Of a stretch of DNA of 64,000 bases, positions 19,539 through 29,147 are shown in pieces. The DNA is taken from positions 1,536,001-1,600,000 of the forward strand of contig JASGHG010000001.1 of the NCBI GenBank assembly GCA_047602425.1, in the 5' to 3' direction. The DNA is from Nibricoccus sp. (GTDB lineage Bacteria > Verrucomicrobiota > Verrucomicrobiia > Opitutales > Opitutaceae). Below the pieces are notes generated by a model. That model was not told the origin of the DNA and searched no databases. It saw only the letters and a list, made by a program, of their open reading frames with translations. A program made the translations under genes and the position numbers. How positions within the stretch are numbered: the first letter of the stretch is position 1; the number at the start of each line of letters is the position of its first letter.

Positions 19539-19559
19539 GTGTAACGTATTACGTGACAC
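19539..19559. repeat. 21-bp palindrome of the TGT(C/A)A-N9-T(G)ACA family
   Basis: GTGTAACGTA-T-TACGTGACAC (one mismatch). Same length and frame as the palindromes at 27137, 27196, 62269 and 62337. Confidence 0.6.
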
Positions 19560-19640
19560 TCTCAGGACGCGGCAAAAGCCTTCTCCACGTTATAATTCCA
19601 AACTCGCCGCCGCTCTTCCTCTCGGTTTTGCTCGCGAGCG

Positions 19641-20636
19641 ATGTCGCGCTTTGCCGCCATTCTTGTTTTCTGCTTTGCGTTCGCAGCGGTCCGCGCAACG
19701 TCGCCCGTGCTGACGCTGCAAAACGAGTTACTCCCCTCGCCTGCGCCGGTAGGGGCTCATAGTCCGGAGTTTTTTTGCGATGCAAATCATGTCGTTCTTT
19801 CCTGGCGAACAAACGACGCCTTGTCTTCCGCGCGGACGTCTTTTTTCGATCCCGCGAGTCGCGTCTGGAAAACGGCGGTGAACCGTGGCGTCGCTATCGG
19901 ACAAAGAGACAATCAAGGTCGGATTGAAACCAGGAACGCAGGTCGTACCGCAAAGGCTTGGTTCGACCCGACGCCAAAAGACCCAAGCATTCAGATCACC
20001 GTCCAGCTACAACCTCACGATCATTTCTCCATGCCCTTGCGCATTGAGGACGGACGTCCCAGTGGCGATCCCGATCTAGTCCTCCTGGCCGATGGCACCG
20101 TTTTTGTGTCGTGGCCCGAACACTACAATCAAAACGAAACTGCGCTTTGGCTTCGGCGGATTTCGCCCGGCGGTGCCCTTAGCGTGCCGGTCCTGCTCAC
20201 GGTTTTTCCCGAAGGACAGCCCGGCCAACGACTCGCTCTCGTCAAAGACTTCGACGACAAACCGGCCCAGCTCTTACTCGCCTATGCCGTCGGCCAAGGA
20301 GACACTTCGCAGATCCTCACGCGTTTGCTAACGATCGATTTTGCAACCACCGCAAACCGACACAATCCGTGCAGCAACTGTCCCGACCCCGAGGATTCCG
20401 CGCGCGGATACGCACTGCGAGGACGCGTTGTCTCGATCTCTTCCACGGGCAATACCCTCGTGGCAAAACATGGCGGCATCGGCGAGATCCTGCCCGCGGG
20501 TGAAACTGAATTCAAAATCGACCCCGTCACTTTCAAAGATGCAACGCCTGGTGGCGAATTTTTCGCCCGGATTGAAAAGCGTGGCGGTGTGTGGTGGCTT
20601 TTCAGCGCCAGTTGGGTCGTGCGCGGCCAGCCTTAG
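19641..20636 (+). CDS. Exported hypothetical protein with CxxC and a degenerate CusF-like C-terminal domain
   Basis: Signal peptide and beta-rich body; NPCSNCP then YALRGRVVSI...LVAKHGGIGEILPAGETEFKID. Confidence 0.75.
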   Translation: MSRFAAILVFCFAFAAVRATSPVLTLQNELLPSPAPVGAHSPEFFCDANHVVLSWRTNDALSSARTSFFDPASRVWKTAVNRGVAIGQRDNQGRIETRNAGRTAKAWFDPTPKDPSIQITVQLQPHDHFSMPLRIEDGRPSGDPDLVLLADGTVFVSWPEHYNQNETALWLRRISPGGALSVPVLLTVFPEGQPGQRLALVKDFDDKPAQLLLAYAVGQGDTSQILTRLLTIDFATTANRHNPCSNCPDPEDSARGYALRGRVVSISSTGNTLVAKHGGIGEILPAGETEFKIDPVTFKDATPGGEFFARIEKRGGVWWLFSASWVVRGQP

Positions 20637-21817
20637 CCAGCGTCAGCAAGGTTGTGCATTTCGCCCGGATCTTTTGTCAGGTCAAAACGCATCCACGTTG
20701 ATCCGTCTGCATTGAAAATTTCTTTTGTATTTTTCGAACGTTGTCCGGTCCAAATGCGATCGCATTGATGCGGCAGTCGAACCACACTCGGCATGGAAAT
20801 TTTCGTCGACGTTTCCTGAATCCTTTCCAACTGACCCGTTTTCGCAAAAATCTGTGTAAGTCTCCGCAAATCGACCAGCGAAACCGGGTCTTCGCGAACC
20901 TCGCCTCGGCCAGCGGGCAACTGTACCAGCAATGGCACGCGTACTGATTCTTCATGCGGCCAGCCCTTGCGGAACAACCCGTGCGCACCGTGCATATCGC
21001 CATGCACTGACGTAAAGACGACCATCACGCCATCGCCAACGGATCGCAAAAGTTTCCCGATTGTCCGGTCCGTCGCCTCTATATGCGCATAATATCCGGC
21101 CAACTCCCGCCGCGCTTTCTGTTCCGCGTCGCTGCCTTTTGGCACATTCGCTGGCAAAACCAGGCTTTGCGGATCGCGTGGCTTCACTCCCAGTGCAGGC
21201 GTGTCGTAAGGTGGATGCGGCGATTCGAGGCTCATCACGCAAAACAAGGGTTTTCGCGGTTGGACGCTTTTTAATTGTTCGGCAATCCAAGACCCCGTTC
21301 GTTCCGCCAATACTTCCGCCTGATAGCCGACAAACCGCGTGGGTTCGGCCAATCGTGTGCCATGCAACCACGGGTCGTTGAGCAAGAAACCGCCTTCGAA
21401 GCCTTCCCAGAAATCGAAGCCACCTCGCGCGTCTGGCGGCACGATGGTTTTTGCATGCGTTTCACCGACGAGCGCCGCCGCCGGATCGCGCTTCCCTAAA
21501 TGCCATTTACCAAAATAGGCCGTAGTGTAACCAAGGTCTCCGAGTTCGTGGGCAATCGTGCGCGCGTCGGTCGGCAACGGATCGAAATAATCGCGCACGC
21601 CGTTCTCCGGCGATAGCACACCCGTCAGCAATGTCGCCCGCGCAAAGGGTCCAAAGGGATGTGGCGTCACTGCCTGTGTGAAGTTGACCGATCGCGCCGC
21701 CAGTGCGTCGAGATTCGGCGTTCGCGCGTTTGGATCGCCCGCATAGCCAGTCGCTTGCGCCCGCCACTGCGTGGTGACGATCCACAAAATGTCAGGCTGT
21801 TCACGTATCGCATTCAT
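20633..21817 (-). CDS. Sulfatase-like protein lacking the formylglycine motif
   Basis: PDILWI, TPNLDALA, RATLLTG, GYTTAYFGKWHLG, PHPPY and EESVRVPL are sulfatase scaffold motifs, but CxPxR reads GPFAR. Confidence 0.88.
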   Translation of the reverse strand: MNAIREQPDILWIVTTQWRAQATGYAGDPNARTPNLDALAARSVNFTQAVTPHPFGPFARATLLTGVLSPENGVRDYFDPLPTDARTIAHELGDLGYTTAYFGKWHLGKRDPAAALVGETHAKTIVPPDARGGFDFWEGFEGGFLLNDPWLHGTRLAEPTRFVGYQAEVLAERTGSWIAEQLKSVQPRKPLFCVMSLESPHPPYDTPALGVKPRDPQSLVLPANVPKGSDAEQKARRELAGYYAHIEATDRTIGKLLRSVGDGVMVVFTSVHGDMHGAHGLFRKGWPHEESVRVPLLVQLPAGRGEVREDPVSLVDLRRLTQIFAKTGQLERIQETSTKISMPSVVRLPHQCDRIWTGQRSKNTKEIFNADGSTWMRFDLTKDPGEMHNLADAG

Positions 21818-21824
21818 CTTCTAG

Positions 21825-21895
21825 GGTGGAGCGCATTGACCTCAATGCGCTTGAATGCCGGTCGAACCAACGCGTTGAGGTCAACGCGTACCACC
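21825..21895. repeat. Inverted pair of REP-like palindromes (family A, copy 2)
   Basis: GGTGGAGCGCATTGACCTCAATGCGCT (21825-21851) and the reverse-strand GGTGGTACGCGTTGACCTCAACGCGTT (21869-21895). Followed by the periodic unit ATCCGTGCGAATCCGTGGTT at 21903-21922. Confidence 0.85.
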
Positions 21896-21934
21896 TCAAC
21901 GCATCCGTGCGAATCCGTGGTTGAATTCCCCTCG

Positions 21935-22804
21935 TCACTTCGCCGCAAACTCCGCCGGGACTTCAGTCACGGCCTTGATTTCGATATCGCGAAAGAAGAT
22001 TTCCGAACCTTCCATCTGGAGCAAAAGTTTTCCCCCTGTCAGCGGCTCATAACCGTCGCCCGCGGCTTTCCGCGATCCCGTGAGCCGCAGGACAACGTGG
22101 CCGTTCACGATTTGTAACGCCTCATCTCCTACGCAAACCAGTTCCAGCGTGTTCCAGCCGTCTTTTTCAAAGACCTCGCTTTTGTTGCAGCGATTCTGGT
22201 TCGGTGTTTTGGCGCTGAACATCAGCGCAGACGCCTTCGGATCGTAGACAAATTTCTTTTCATCGACTTTGCGCGCCGTGATGTCGCACGCGGTGTCCCC
22301 CACGGCCACGTACTCGCCGCAATTGCCTTCCTGAATCTGATATTGCTGATGATGCATCCAGCGTTTGCCCTCGTCGCCGTCGCCATGATTGCCGTGACCA
22401 TGATAAAGCAGGCCGGAACCGCGCGGTTTTTTCTCGGAGCCCGGGAGCCACTTCCTAGTGCCCCATTTGAATTGAAATCGCAGGTGATAATTCGAAAACG
22501 TTTCCAATGTGGCCAGTGTGCCGAAGCCTTCGCCGGATAAGCGGATTGCCGGTTTGCCATCCACTTCGACCACCGAAAAACATTTCAGCGGATCGACATT
22601 CACGCCGAGCACCTGCGTGTAGTTACCCTTCTCGTCCCGCTTCTCTCCTGGCACTTCGCTCGTCGGCAGCGGCACGCTCAGATAAGTTTCCCATCCCGTG
22701 AAGTCCTTGCCGTTGAAAAGCGGTCGCCAGGCCGCGTCCGCCGCAAAAGCCGAACCTGCCATAAGGACCATAAGAAGGCCAGGGACAAGAAAGCGTAATT
22801 TCAT
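21935..22804 (-). CDS. DUF1080 (3-keto-disaccharide hydrolase-like) exported protein
   Basis: Signal peptide MKLRFLVPGLLMVLMAGSAFA; LFNGKDFTGW, NYHLRFQFKWG, GWNTLEL, LQMEGSEIFFRDIEIK. The upstream part of the 487-aa ORF is the antisense shadow of the ABC ATPase. Confidence 0.88.
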   Translation of the reverse strand: MKLRFLVPGLLMVLMAGSAFAADAAWRPLFNGKDFTGWETYLSVPLPTSEVPGEKRDEKGNYTQVLGVNVDPLKCFSVVEVDGKPAIRLSGEGFGTLATLETFSNYHLRFQFKWGTRKWLPGSEKKPRGSGLLYHGHGNHGDGDEGKRWMHHQQYQIQEGNCGEYVAVGDTACDITARKVDEKKFVYDPKASALMFSAKTPNQNRCNKSEVFEKDGWNTLELVCVGDEALQIVNGHVVLRLTGSRKAAGDGYEPLTGGKLLLQMEGSEIFFRDIEIKAVTEVPAEFAAK

Positions 22805-22960
22805 CCCAACAGCATGGATCGGAGGCACGGGGCAGCAAACCGATTCTAGAGCTGACAGTTCGCGGCGGCGAGGTGTACCTTGACCGCTTACCGCGCCTTT
22901 TGGCCGCCGACTCGGGTGCTTTTGACACCTACCTTCGCCTGCCTTTTCATCAGTCATCTC

Positions 22961-23641
22961 ATGAACGACACCCCCATCGTCCAAATTCGCCAGCTGACGA
23001 AGATTTTCCAACAGGGCGAAATCAACGTCACCGCGCTCAACGCCATCGATCTCGAAATCAAGAGCGGCGAATTTCTTACACTCATGGGGCCATCCGGCTC
23101 GGGCAAATCCACGTTGCTCCATATCATTGCCGGGATCGATCGTCCCACGAGCGGCGACTGCATCGTGCAAGGCCGCAATATCGCCGATCTCGACGAATCC
23201 AAGCTGGCCGATTGGCGCAACCAAAACGTCGGTTTTGTGTTTCAAACTTTCAACCTCATCCCCGTCCTGAGCGCGTACGAAAACGTCGAGCTTCCTTTGC
23301 TGCTCACCCAGCTCCACTCGCGCGAACGCCGCCGCCTTGTCTCCACCGCCCTTGAAATGGTCGGGCTCGGCGATCGTATGAAACATTTGCCGAAACAACT
23401 CTCAGGTGGACAAGAACAGCGCGTCGCCATTGCCCGCGCTCTCGTCACCGATCCACAGCTCGTTGTCGCCGACGAACCGACGGGCAATCTCGACTCGCAT
23501 TCCGCGGGCGAAGTTCTGGAAATCCTCCGTTCGCTTAGTCGCACCGCCGGCAAAACCGTGATCATGGTCACGCACGATCCCAAAGCCGCTGCCTTCGGCT
23601 CACGCAGCATTCATCTCGAAAAAGGCGAACTGGTGGCGTGA
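22961..23641 (+). CDS. ABC transporter ATP-binding protein (LolD/MacB type)
   Basis: [46 protein letters not shown]. Confidence 0.95.
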   Translation: MNDTPIVQIRQLTKIFQQGEINVTALNAIDLEIKSGEFLTLMGPSGSGKSTLLHIIAGIDRPTSGDCIVQGRNIADLDESKLADWRNQNVGFVFQTFNLIPVLSAYENVELPLLLTQLHSRERRRLVSTALEMVGLGDRMKHLPKQLSGGQEQRVAIARALVTDPQLVVADEPTGNLDSHSAGEVLEILRSLSRTAGKTVIMVTHDPKAAAFGSRSIHLEKGELVA

Positions 23642-24876
23642 AAACCATCCTCAAATTCCCGGCCCGCGTTCTCACCTTTCCATTTTGGACAATGGATTGG
23701 CTGCTCAGATCTGCGTCCAATCGTTTTGGCATGAGCGTCCCGCTTTTCGTCATGCTGAATGCGCTGCGAAACAAGCGCCGCGCTGCACTCAGCGTGCTCA
23801 GCGTCGCCGTTAGCCTTTTCCTGCTGGTCACGCTGCTCGTCGCCACGCGCGAACTTACCCAGCCCGCGGAAGACGCCGGCGCGTCGCTTCGCATCGCGGT
23901 TCGTCACAAACTCTCGCTGGCCAATTTCCTTCCTGCGCGTCAACGCTCAACCATCGAAAAAATTCCCGGGGTCGAGGCTATTACCCCACTCACTTGGTTC
24001 GGCGGACGCTTTCGCGATGAAGACACGACTTGGTTCGCCCAGTTTGCCATGGAACCGGACAAGCTCACCGCCGTTTTCGGTGAAGCCAAGCTGCCCTTGG
24101 AGCAACTTGAAGCCTGGATCGCCAATCGCACTTCCTGCATCGTCGGCGTTCAGACGGCGGAACATTACAAGCTCAAGATCGGCGACAAATTTATTCTGCG
24201 CGGAGAAATATTTCCCATCGATCTCGAACTCACGGTCGCCGGCGTTTATCAAGGGACCACCGACGACCGAAACGTTTTCTTCCACCAAAAATATCTCGAT
24301 GAAGCCATGGGATCTTTCGGCAACGTCGGCATGTGGTGGATCAAGGCTCGCTCGGCGGAGGAAGTTCCGGCCGTGATCGACCGGGTGAATGCCGCTTTTG
24401 CCAACACGTCCGCCGAAGTGCTGGCCGAGACGGAACGCGCGTTCCAGCTCAGTTTCATTTCCATGTGGGGAAATATAAAACTACTGATCATGGGCATCTG
24501 CGCCGCCGTGGTGTTTGCGCTCACCTTGGTGACCGCGAGCACGATGAGCATGGCCGTTCGGGAACGCATCCGAGAACTTTCGATCCTGAAAGCTCTCGGC
24601 TTCCGCCGTCACGAGTTGTTTGCCTTCATTCTGGCGGAGAGTTTCGGACTCGCGATGACAGGCGCTCTGCTCGGCGCGGGTGGCGCTTGGGCGTTGTACA
24701 CCTTTGTCCCTGCACCGGCGTTGACGGGCGGAATTTTCCCGATGCTTGAAGTGACGCCTCGCATTCTCGGCGTCGCCGCGACGGTGGCTGTTGCGCTGGG
24801 AATCGTCAGCAGTCTTTTCCCCGCGCTGGCCATTTCGCGGCTCAGCGTGGTCAATGGATTAAAAACTTTGGACTAA
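23638..24876 (+). CDS. ABC transporter permease (MacB/FtsX family)
   Basis: [12 protein letters not shown], periplasmic domain, [19 protein letters not shown] overlaps the ATPase stop; alternative ATG at 23731. Confidence 0.9.
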   Translation: MKTILKFPARVLTFPFWTMDWLLRSASNRFGMSVPLFVMLNALRNKRRAALSVLSVAVSLFLLVTLLVATRELTQPAEDAGASLRIAVRHKLSLANFLPARQRSTIEKIPGVEAITPLTWFGGRFRDEDTTWFAQFAMEPDKLTAVFGEAKLPLEQLEAWIANRTSCIVGVQTAEHYKLKIGDKFILRGEIFPIDLELTVAGVYQGTTDDRNVFFHQKYLDEAMGSFGNVGMWWIKARSAEEVPAVIDRVNAAFANTSAEVLAETERAFQLSFISMWGNIKLLIMGICAAVVFALTLVTASTMSMAVRERIRELSILKALGFRRHELFAFILAESFGLAMTGALLGAGGAWALYTFVPAPALTGGIFPMLEVTPRILGVAATVAVALGIVSSLFPALAISRLSVVNGLKTLD

Positions 24877-24885
24877 ACTCGCGCC

Positions 24886-26052
24886 ATGTTTCGCCTGCTC
24901 AAATATCATGTACGTTCCGCGTTGGTTCGCTGGCGTACCACGGTGGCCACGGTCGCCGGCATCGCCGTGGTGGTGTGGGTTTTCGTTTTCGTGCAATCGC
25001 TGGCGGTGGGCATCGAACTCGCCAGCGGCAACACCGGCGATCCGCGAAATCTTCTCATCACGCGCAAGGGCGCTCTCGCCGAATCCACCAGCATCGTCAC
25101 ACGCGAACAGTTCAACATCATCCGCTACTTGCCCGGCGTGGCGCGCGGTACTTCAGGAACGCCGATCGCATCCGCCGATCTCTTGGTGATCATCAATCGC
25201 CCGCGTCTCAACGGCAGCGGCAACGCCAACGTGCTCGTGCGCGGAGTTTCTCCTGCCGGCATTGAGATGCGTCCGCAAGCCGCTTTGGTCGATGGCCGTT
25301 GGTTTAGGCCCGGACAGCGGGAGGTTGTGGCCAGCCGCCGCCTCGCTGCGCGTTTCAAGGGCTTGCAGGTCGGATCGTCGTTCCAAGCGGTCGGGCAAAC
25401 ATTGACGGTCGTCGGCCTCTTCGATGCGCAACGCAGCGCGTTCGATTCCGAAGTCTGGATGGACGCCGATGAAGCCCGCAACGTTTTCGACCGTGCCGAT
25501 TACGGCAGCATATTGTTGCGTCCCATCGACGAAGCAGGAGCGGTAGCTTTTAAAAAAGCCATCGAATCTGACAAGCGGCTGAAAATGAAAATTTCCCGCG
25601 AGGTCGACTACTACAAGGAACAAACCCGCACCGCTCTCCTTCCTCGATATCTCGGACGGTTTCTCGCCGTTGTGATGTCGATTGGCGCGGTGTTCGCCGC
25701 GATGAACACACTTTACGCCAGCGTCGGCGCACGCACACGCGAAGTCGGCACCTTGCGCGTCCTGGGTTTTCGACGACGCAATATTCTCTTCGGCTTCCTC
25801 GTCGAAGGCGCATTGCTCGCCGGAATCGGCGGCGCAATCGGTTGTGTGATCGCGTACCTTTCCGCGGACGGATACAGCGTCGGGACGTTCGGATTCGAGA
25901 CGTTTTCCGAAACGGTCTTCGATCTCAAAGTCACTCCCGCACTCGCTTTACGCGGCTTCGTATTTTCGCTCATACTCGGTCTCGTCGGCAGCTTTCTCCC
26001 AGCGTTACGCGCCTCGCGCCTGCCCGTCATCTCATCGCTCAAAAGCGCCTAA
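24886..26052 (+). CDS. ABC transporter permease (MacB/FtsX family)
   Basis: GRWFRPGQREVV, AAMNTLYASVGARTREVGTLRVLGF, LPALRASRLP. Confidence 0.92.
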   Translation: MFRLLKYHVRSALVRWRTTVATVAGIAVVVWVFVFVQSLAVGIELASGNTGDPRNLLITRKGALAESTSIVTREQFNIIRYLPGVARGTSGTPIASADLLVIINRPRLNGSGNANVLVRGVSPAGIEMRPQAALVDGRWFRPGQREVVASRRLAARFKGLQVGSSFQAVGQTLTVVGLFDAQRSAFDSEVWMDADEARNVFDRADYGSILLRPIDEAGAVAFKKAIESDKRLKMKISREVDYYKEQTRTALLPRYLGRFLAVVMSIGAVFAAMNTLYASVGARTREVGTLRVLGFRRRNILFGFLVEGALLAGIGGAIGCVIAYLSADGYSVGTFGFETFSETVFDLKVTPALALRGFVFSLILGLVGSFLPALRASRLPVISSLKSA

Positions 26053-26060
26053 TTTCCCCC

Positions 26061-27068
26061 ATGAAATCGGACCCTCTTTCCCAATTAAAGATCGATCCCG
26101 CACAAAAAGTCCGGCCCCGCCGTCCCGTCGTCACGATCTTCGTTATCGTGCTTTTCGCCTTGGGCGCCGCCGCCTACCTCGCCTGGCCCAAAGCCGGAGA
26201 CGAAAAACGCATTCTCAATACGAATCCTTACGCAAAGAAAGACAGTCCTCCAGCGCAGCCCGCGGAAACATCCGCCGCCAGCCCCAAACCAACCTCTTCA
26301 CAGGTCCAAACCACGGCCGCGCCAACCGATTCTCCCTACGCCCTCACTGTCTCCGGCTACATCATCAATCGCGAGCGCATCGAAATCAGTCCGCGTTTTC
26401 AAGGCGTCGTGAAATGGATTGGCGTGAAAAAAGGTGACGCGGTAAAAAAAGATCAGGTCGTCGTGCTGCTCGACGATGCCGAGCAAAAAGCCCGCGTCGC
26501 CGAAATCGAAGGCCGGCTCACCAATGCCCGCGTCGCGCTCGAACGCGCTGAGCTCAACCACCGCCGCATTCGCGAACTCGCCGCCCGTGACGTAACTTCG
26601 AAGGAAGCCGAGGATGAAGCCCGGCTTTCCGTCGATGCCGCCAGAGCAACGATCGCCGAAATCGAAGGCGGACTTTCCCTCGCCAAAGCCTATCTCGATT
26701 GGACCGTCATCCGCTCCCCCATCGATGGTGTGGTCCTCGAAAAACTCGCCGAACCGGGCGAACTTGTAACCCCGCAAAGTTTCGGCGGCGCCCGCGGACC
26801 GAGCACCGCCGTCCTCGCAGTGGCCGACTTGCAGGACTTGCAGGTGGAAATCGACGTCAACGAATCCGATCTCGCCAAAATCTCCCTCGGCCAGCGCGCG
26901 CAAGTCAGCCCCGAGGCGTATCCTGACAAGCACTACGAGGGCGTCGTCGCCGAAATTTCGCCCGAGGCCAACCGGCAAAAAGGAACCCTGCAAATCAAAG
27001 TTCAGATCAAACAACCCGACCGCTTCCTCACGCCCGAACTCACCGCCAAAGTCGAATTCCTGCGCTAA
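26061..27068 (+). CDS. Periplasmic adaptor / membrane fusion protein (MacA/HlyD family)
   Basis: TM anchor, VKKGDAVKKDQ lipoyl half-motif, coiled coil, IRSPIDGVV, DVNESDL. Confidence 0.92.
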   Translation: MKSDPLSQLKIDPAQKVRPRRPVVTIFVIVLFALGAAAYLAWPKAGDEKRILNTNPYAKKDSPPAQPAETSAASPKPTSSQVQTTAAPTDSPYALTVSGYIINRERIEISPRFQGVVKWIGVKKGDAVKKDQVVVLLDDAEQKARVAEIEGRLTNARVALERAELNHRRIRELAARDVTSKEAEDEARLSVDAARATIAEIEGGLSLAKAYLDWTVIRSPIDGVVLEKLAEPGELVTPQSFGGARGPSTAVLAVADLQDLQVEIDVNESDLAKISLGQRAQVSPEAYPDKHYEGVVAEISPEANRQKGTLQIKVQIKQPDRFLTPELTAKVEFLR

Positions 27069-27136
27069 TAAATCTCTCAATGGGAGACGTCAAAAACCCA
27101 AACCGCACCTCCTCGACCTTCCAAGGCTCGGTATGC

Positions 27137-27214
27137 TTGTCATCTAATAGATGACAAACGTTTGGTTTAAAAATGCGCATATAAAACAGTCAGCCTGTCA
27201 TCCATTGGATGACA
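27137..27214. repeat. Two TGTCATC-N5-GATGACA palindromes between convergent genes
   Basis: TTGTCATCTAATAGATGACAA (27137-27157) and TGTCATCCATTGGATGACA (27196-27214). Confidence 0.85.
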
Positions 27215-27327
27215 AACCATCATTTTGCTCTAACGCCCAGCTAAAGCACATACAACGACACTATAGCCATAAATCGGTGTTATGAATCGAGCTGTCTTCG
27301 TAGCCCTTTCTGTGGCAAAGCCAAACC

Positions 27328-27353
27328 GGGCGCAGCAAGACTGCGCCCCTACA
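27328..27353 (-). repeat. Solo GTAG-type REP element
   Basis: Reverse complement TGTAGGGGCGCAGTCTTGCTGCGCCC: GTAG tetranucleotide followed by the hairpin GGGCGCAG/CTGCGCCC. Confidence 0.75.
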
Positions 27354-27390
27354 GCCGGAGTTGTGCGGCTATGACATTTTTAAAAATGCT

Positions 27391-29028
27391 CTAGCGCCGT
27401 GCTTCGAATTCCGCGCGCATCAGACTGGTGAGTTCGCCGAAATCGATCGGTTTGCCCAAGATCGCTGCGAGTCCAAGCGAATGCGCACTGCGTCCGTTCA
27501 GGTCGGGCGAAAATCCGGTCACCACGATGATCGGTATTTCTGGCCGCAGCTCGTGGATGGCACGGCTCAGCTCCAAGCCCGACATTTGCGGCATCGTCTG
27601 GTCCGTGATCACCAGGTCGAAACTATTGGGAGCCGCTTGGAATTTTCTCAACGCCTCGGGACTTTTCAACTCGGCCGTAATCCGGTAGCCCAACCGTTCC
27701 AAACTGCCGCCAATGGCGTTCAAAACGAACTCTTCGTCATCGACAACAAGAACCCGTTCGGTCCCGCGGAGCGGAAGATTGTGATGACTGGCGGGCGTTG
27801 GAGCATCCTGCTGCGCCGCGGGAAGAAGAATTCGAAAAGTCGTGCCGCGCCCAGGTTCGCTTTCCACCCTAATTGTTCCGCCGTGGTCGCTTACAATCCC
27901 GTGCACCACGGCGAGGCCGAGGCCCGTGCCTTCGTTGATGGGCTTCGTAGAGAAGAACGGATCGAAGATACGCGCCAGCACCTCGCGGCTCATGCCGCAA
28001 CCGGTATCGCTGATTTCAATACAAACATACTCGCCGAACGGCATCGGCTGGGTGGCGCCCGGAAGGACTTCGCCCGATTGGAAATTGGCGATTCGTATGA
28101 CGAATTCGCCGCCGCGCGAGCCAATTGCGTGGCCGGCGTTGGCGCCCAAATTCATGAATACTTGGTGCAGCTGAGTTGGATCGGCATCGACCAGATCCGA
28201 GATCGCTTCCACCTCGCAACGGATGTCGATGCCCGACGGAAGCGCAGCCCGCAAAAGTGACAACGCTTCGCGCGCCACCAGCCCCACCGACACGCGTCGA
28301 CGTTCGCCGTGCGTTTGCCGGCTGAAGGCCAGAATCTGCCTCACGAGCGCCGTCGCTCGATCGCCCGCCGCGAGCACCTGGCCCAAATAGCCTTGAGCCG
28401 GATGGTCCGGCGGAAGATCGCCAGCGATAAGCTGGATGTGGCCCAGCATGCCCGCGAGGATGTTGTTGAAATCGTGCGCGATGCCGCCCGCAAGCGTGCC
28501 CACCGCCTCCATCTTGCTCGACCGCACCAGCTGCTCGCGCAAAACCTCGCTCTCGCGCTCGGCCTTGATGCGGCCGGCGATATCCGCCTCTAGGGCGGTG
28601 TTGACCTCGGCCAAAGCGGACGTGCGTTCCGCCACGCGTTGTTGCATCTCGGCATTGGTTCGTTCGAGCGAACGCTGCGAGGCTTCCACGGAAAGGAGCA
28701 GTTGGTTTATTTCGCGGACCAGCAGGGCGATTTCCTCGCTGCCTTCCTGAATCGACAGCCGCGCGCCGAAGTCTCCCCTGCGTTGCAATTCGCGCAACTC
28801 GCTTTCCAACGTCACCAGTTGCGCCTTGGTCCTACCCGCCGTCAACCGGCAAAATATCGCGCAAAGCCCGAGGCCGCCCGCCAGTGTCAGTCCGGTAAAA
28901 AGCAGCGTCGTGCCGAGCGGCGCCTGACCAAACAACGCACGGGAAAGTCCATGAAAAATCCAGCCCATCGCCCCGCTGGCCACAACCAACGCGAGCGCGA
29001 CAATAGGGCGTATTTTATGTAGTTGCAC
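27391..29028 (-). CDS. Hybrid sensor histidine kinase / response regulator (CckA-like)
   Basis: Two TM helices, HAMP-like segment, H-box AGGIAHDFNNIL, QVFMNL, DTGCGM, FDPFFSTK, GTGLGL, receiver VLVVDDE...ITDQTMP...KP. Confidence 0.93.
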   Translation of the reverse strand: MQLHKIRPIVALALVVASGAMGWIFHGLSRALFGQAPLGTTLLFTGLTLAGGLGLCAIFCRLTAGRTKAQLVTLESELRELQRRGDFGARLSIQEGSEEIALLVREINQLLLSVEASQRSLERTNAEMQQRVAERTSALAEVNTALEADIAGRIKAERESEVLREQLVRSSKMEAVGTLAGGIAHDFNNILAGMLGHIQLIAGDLPPDHPAQGYLGQVLAAGDRATALVRQILAFSRQTHGERRRVSVGLVAREALSLLRAALPSGIDIRCEVEAISDLVDADPTQLHQVFMNLGANAGHAIGSRGGEFVIRIANFQSGEVLPGATQPMPFGEYVCIEISDTGCGMSREVLARIFDPFFSTKPINEGTGLGLAVVHGIVSDHGGTIRVESEPGRGTTFRILLPAAQQDAPTPASHHNLPLRGTERVLVVDDEEFVLNAIGGSLERLGYRITAELKSPEALRKFQAAPNSFDLVITDQTMPQMSGLELSRAIHELRPEIPIIVVTGFSPDLNGRSAHSLGLAAILGKPIDFGELTSLMRAEFEARR

Positions 29029-29147
29029 GTGATGACGATGCAGGAGCAGACGCCGGTGCTAGACTTCCGGTTTCTCCCACATCGGCACAAACCCTTAAGG
29101 TTAAAGCCCTATTCCATCGCCGCGGTAGCGAGGATTGTCGTTAAACC

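Noticed and set aside
21935..23398. 487-aa ORF overlapping the ABC ATPase
   Set aside because: The first ~200 codons are the antisense shadow of the ATPase; the real gene begins at the signal peptide at 22804.
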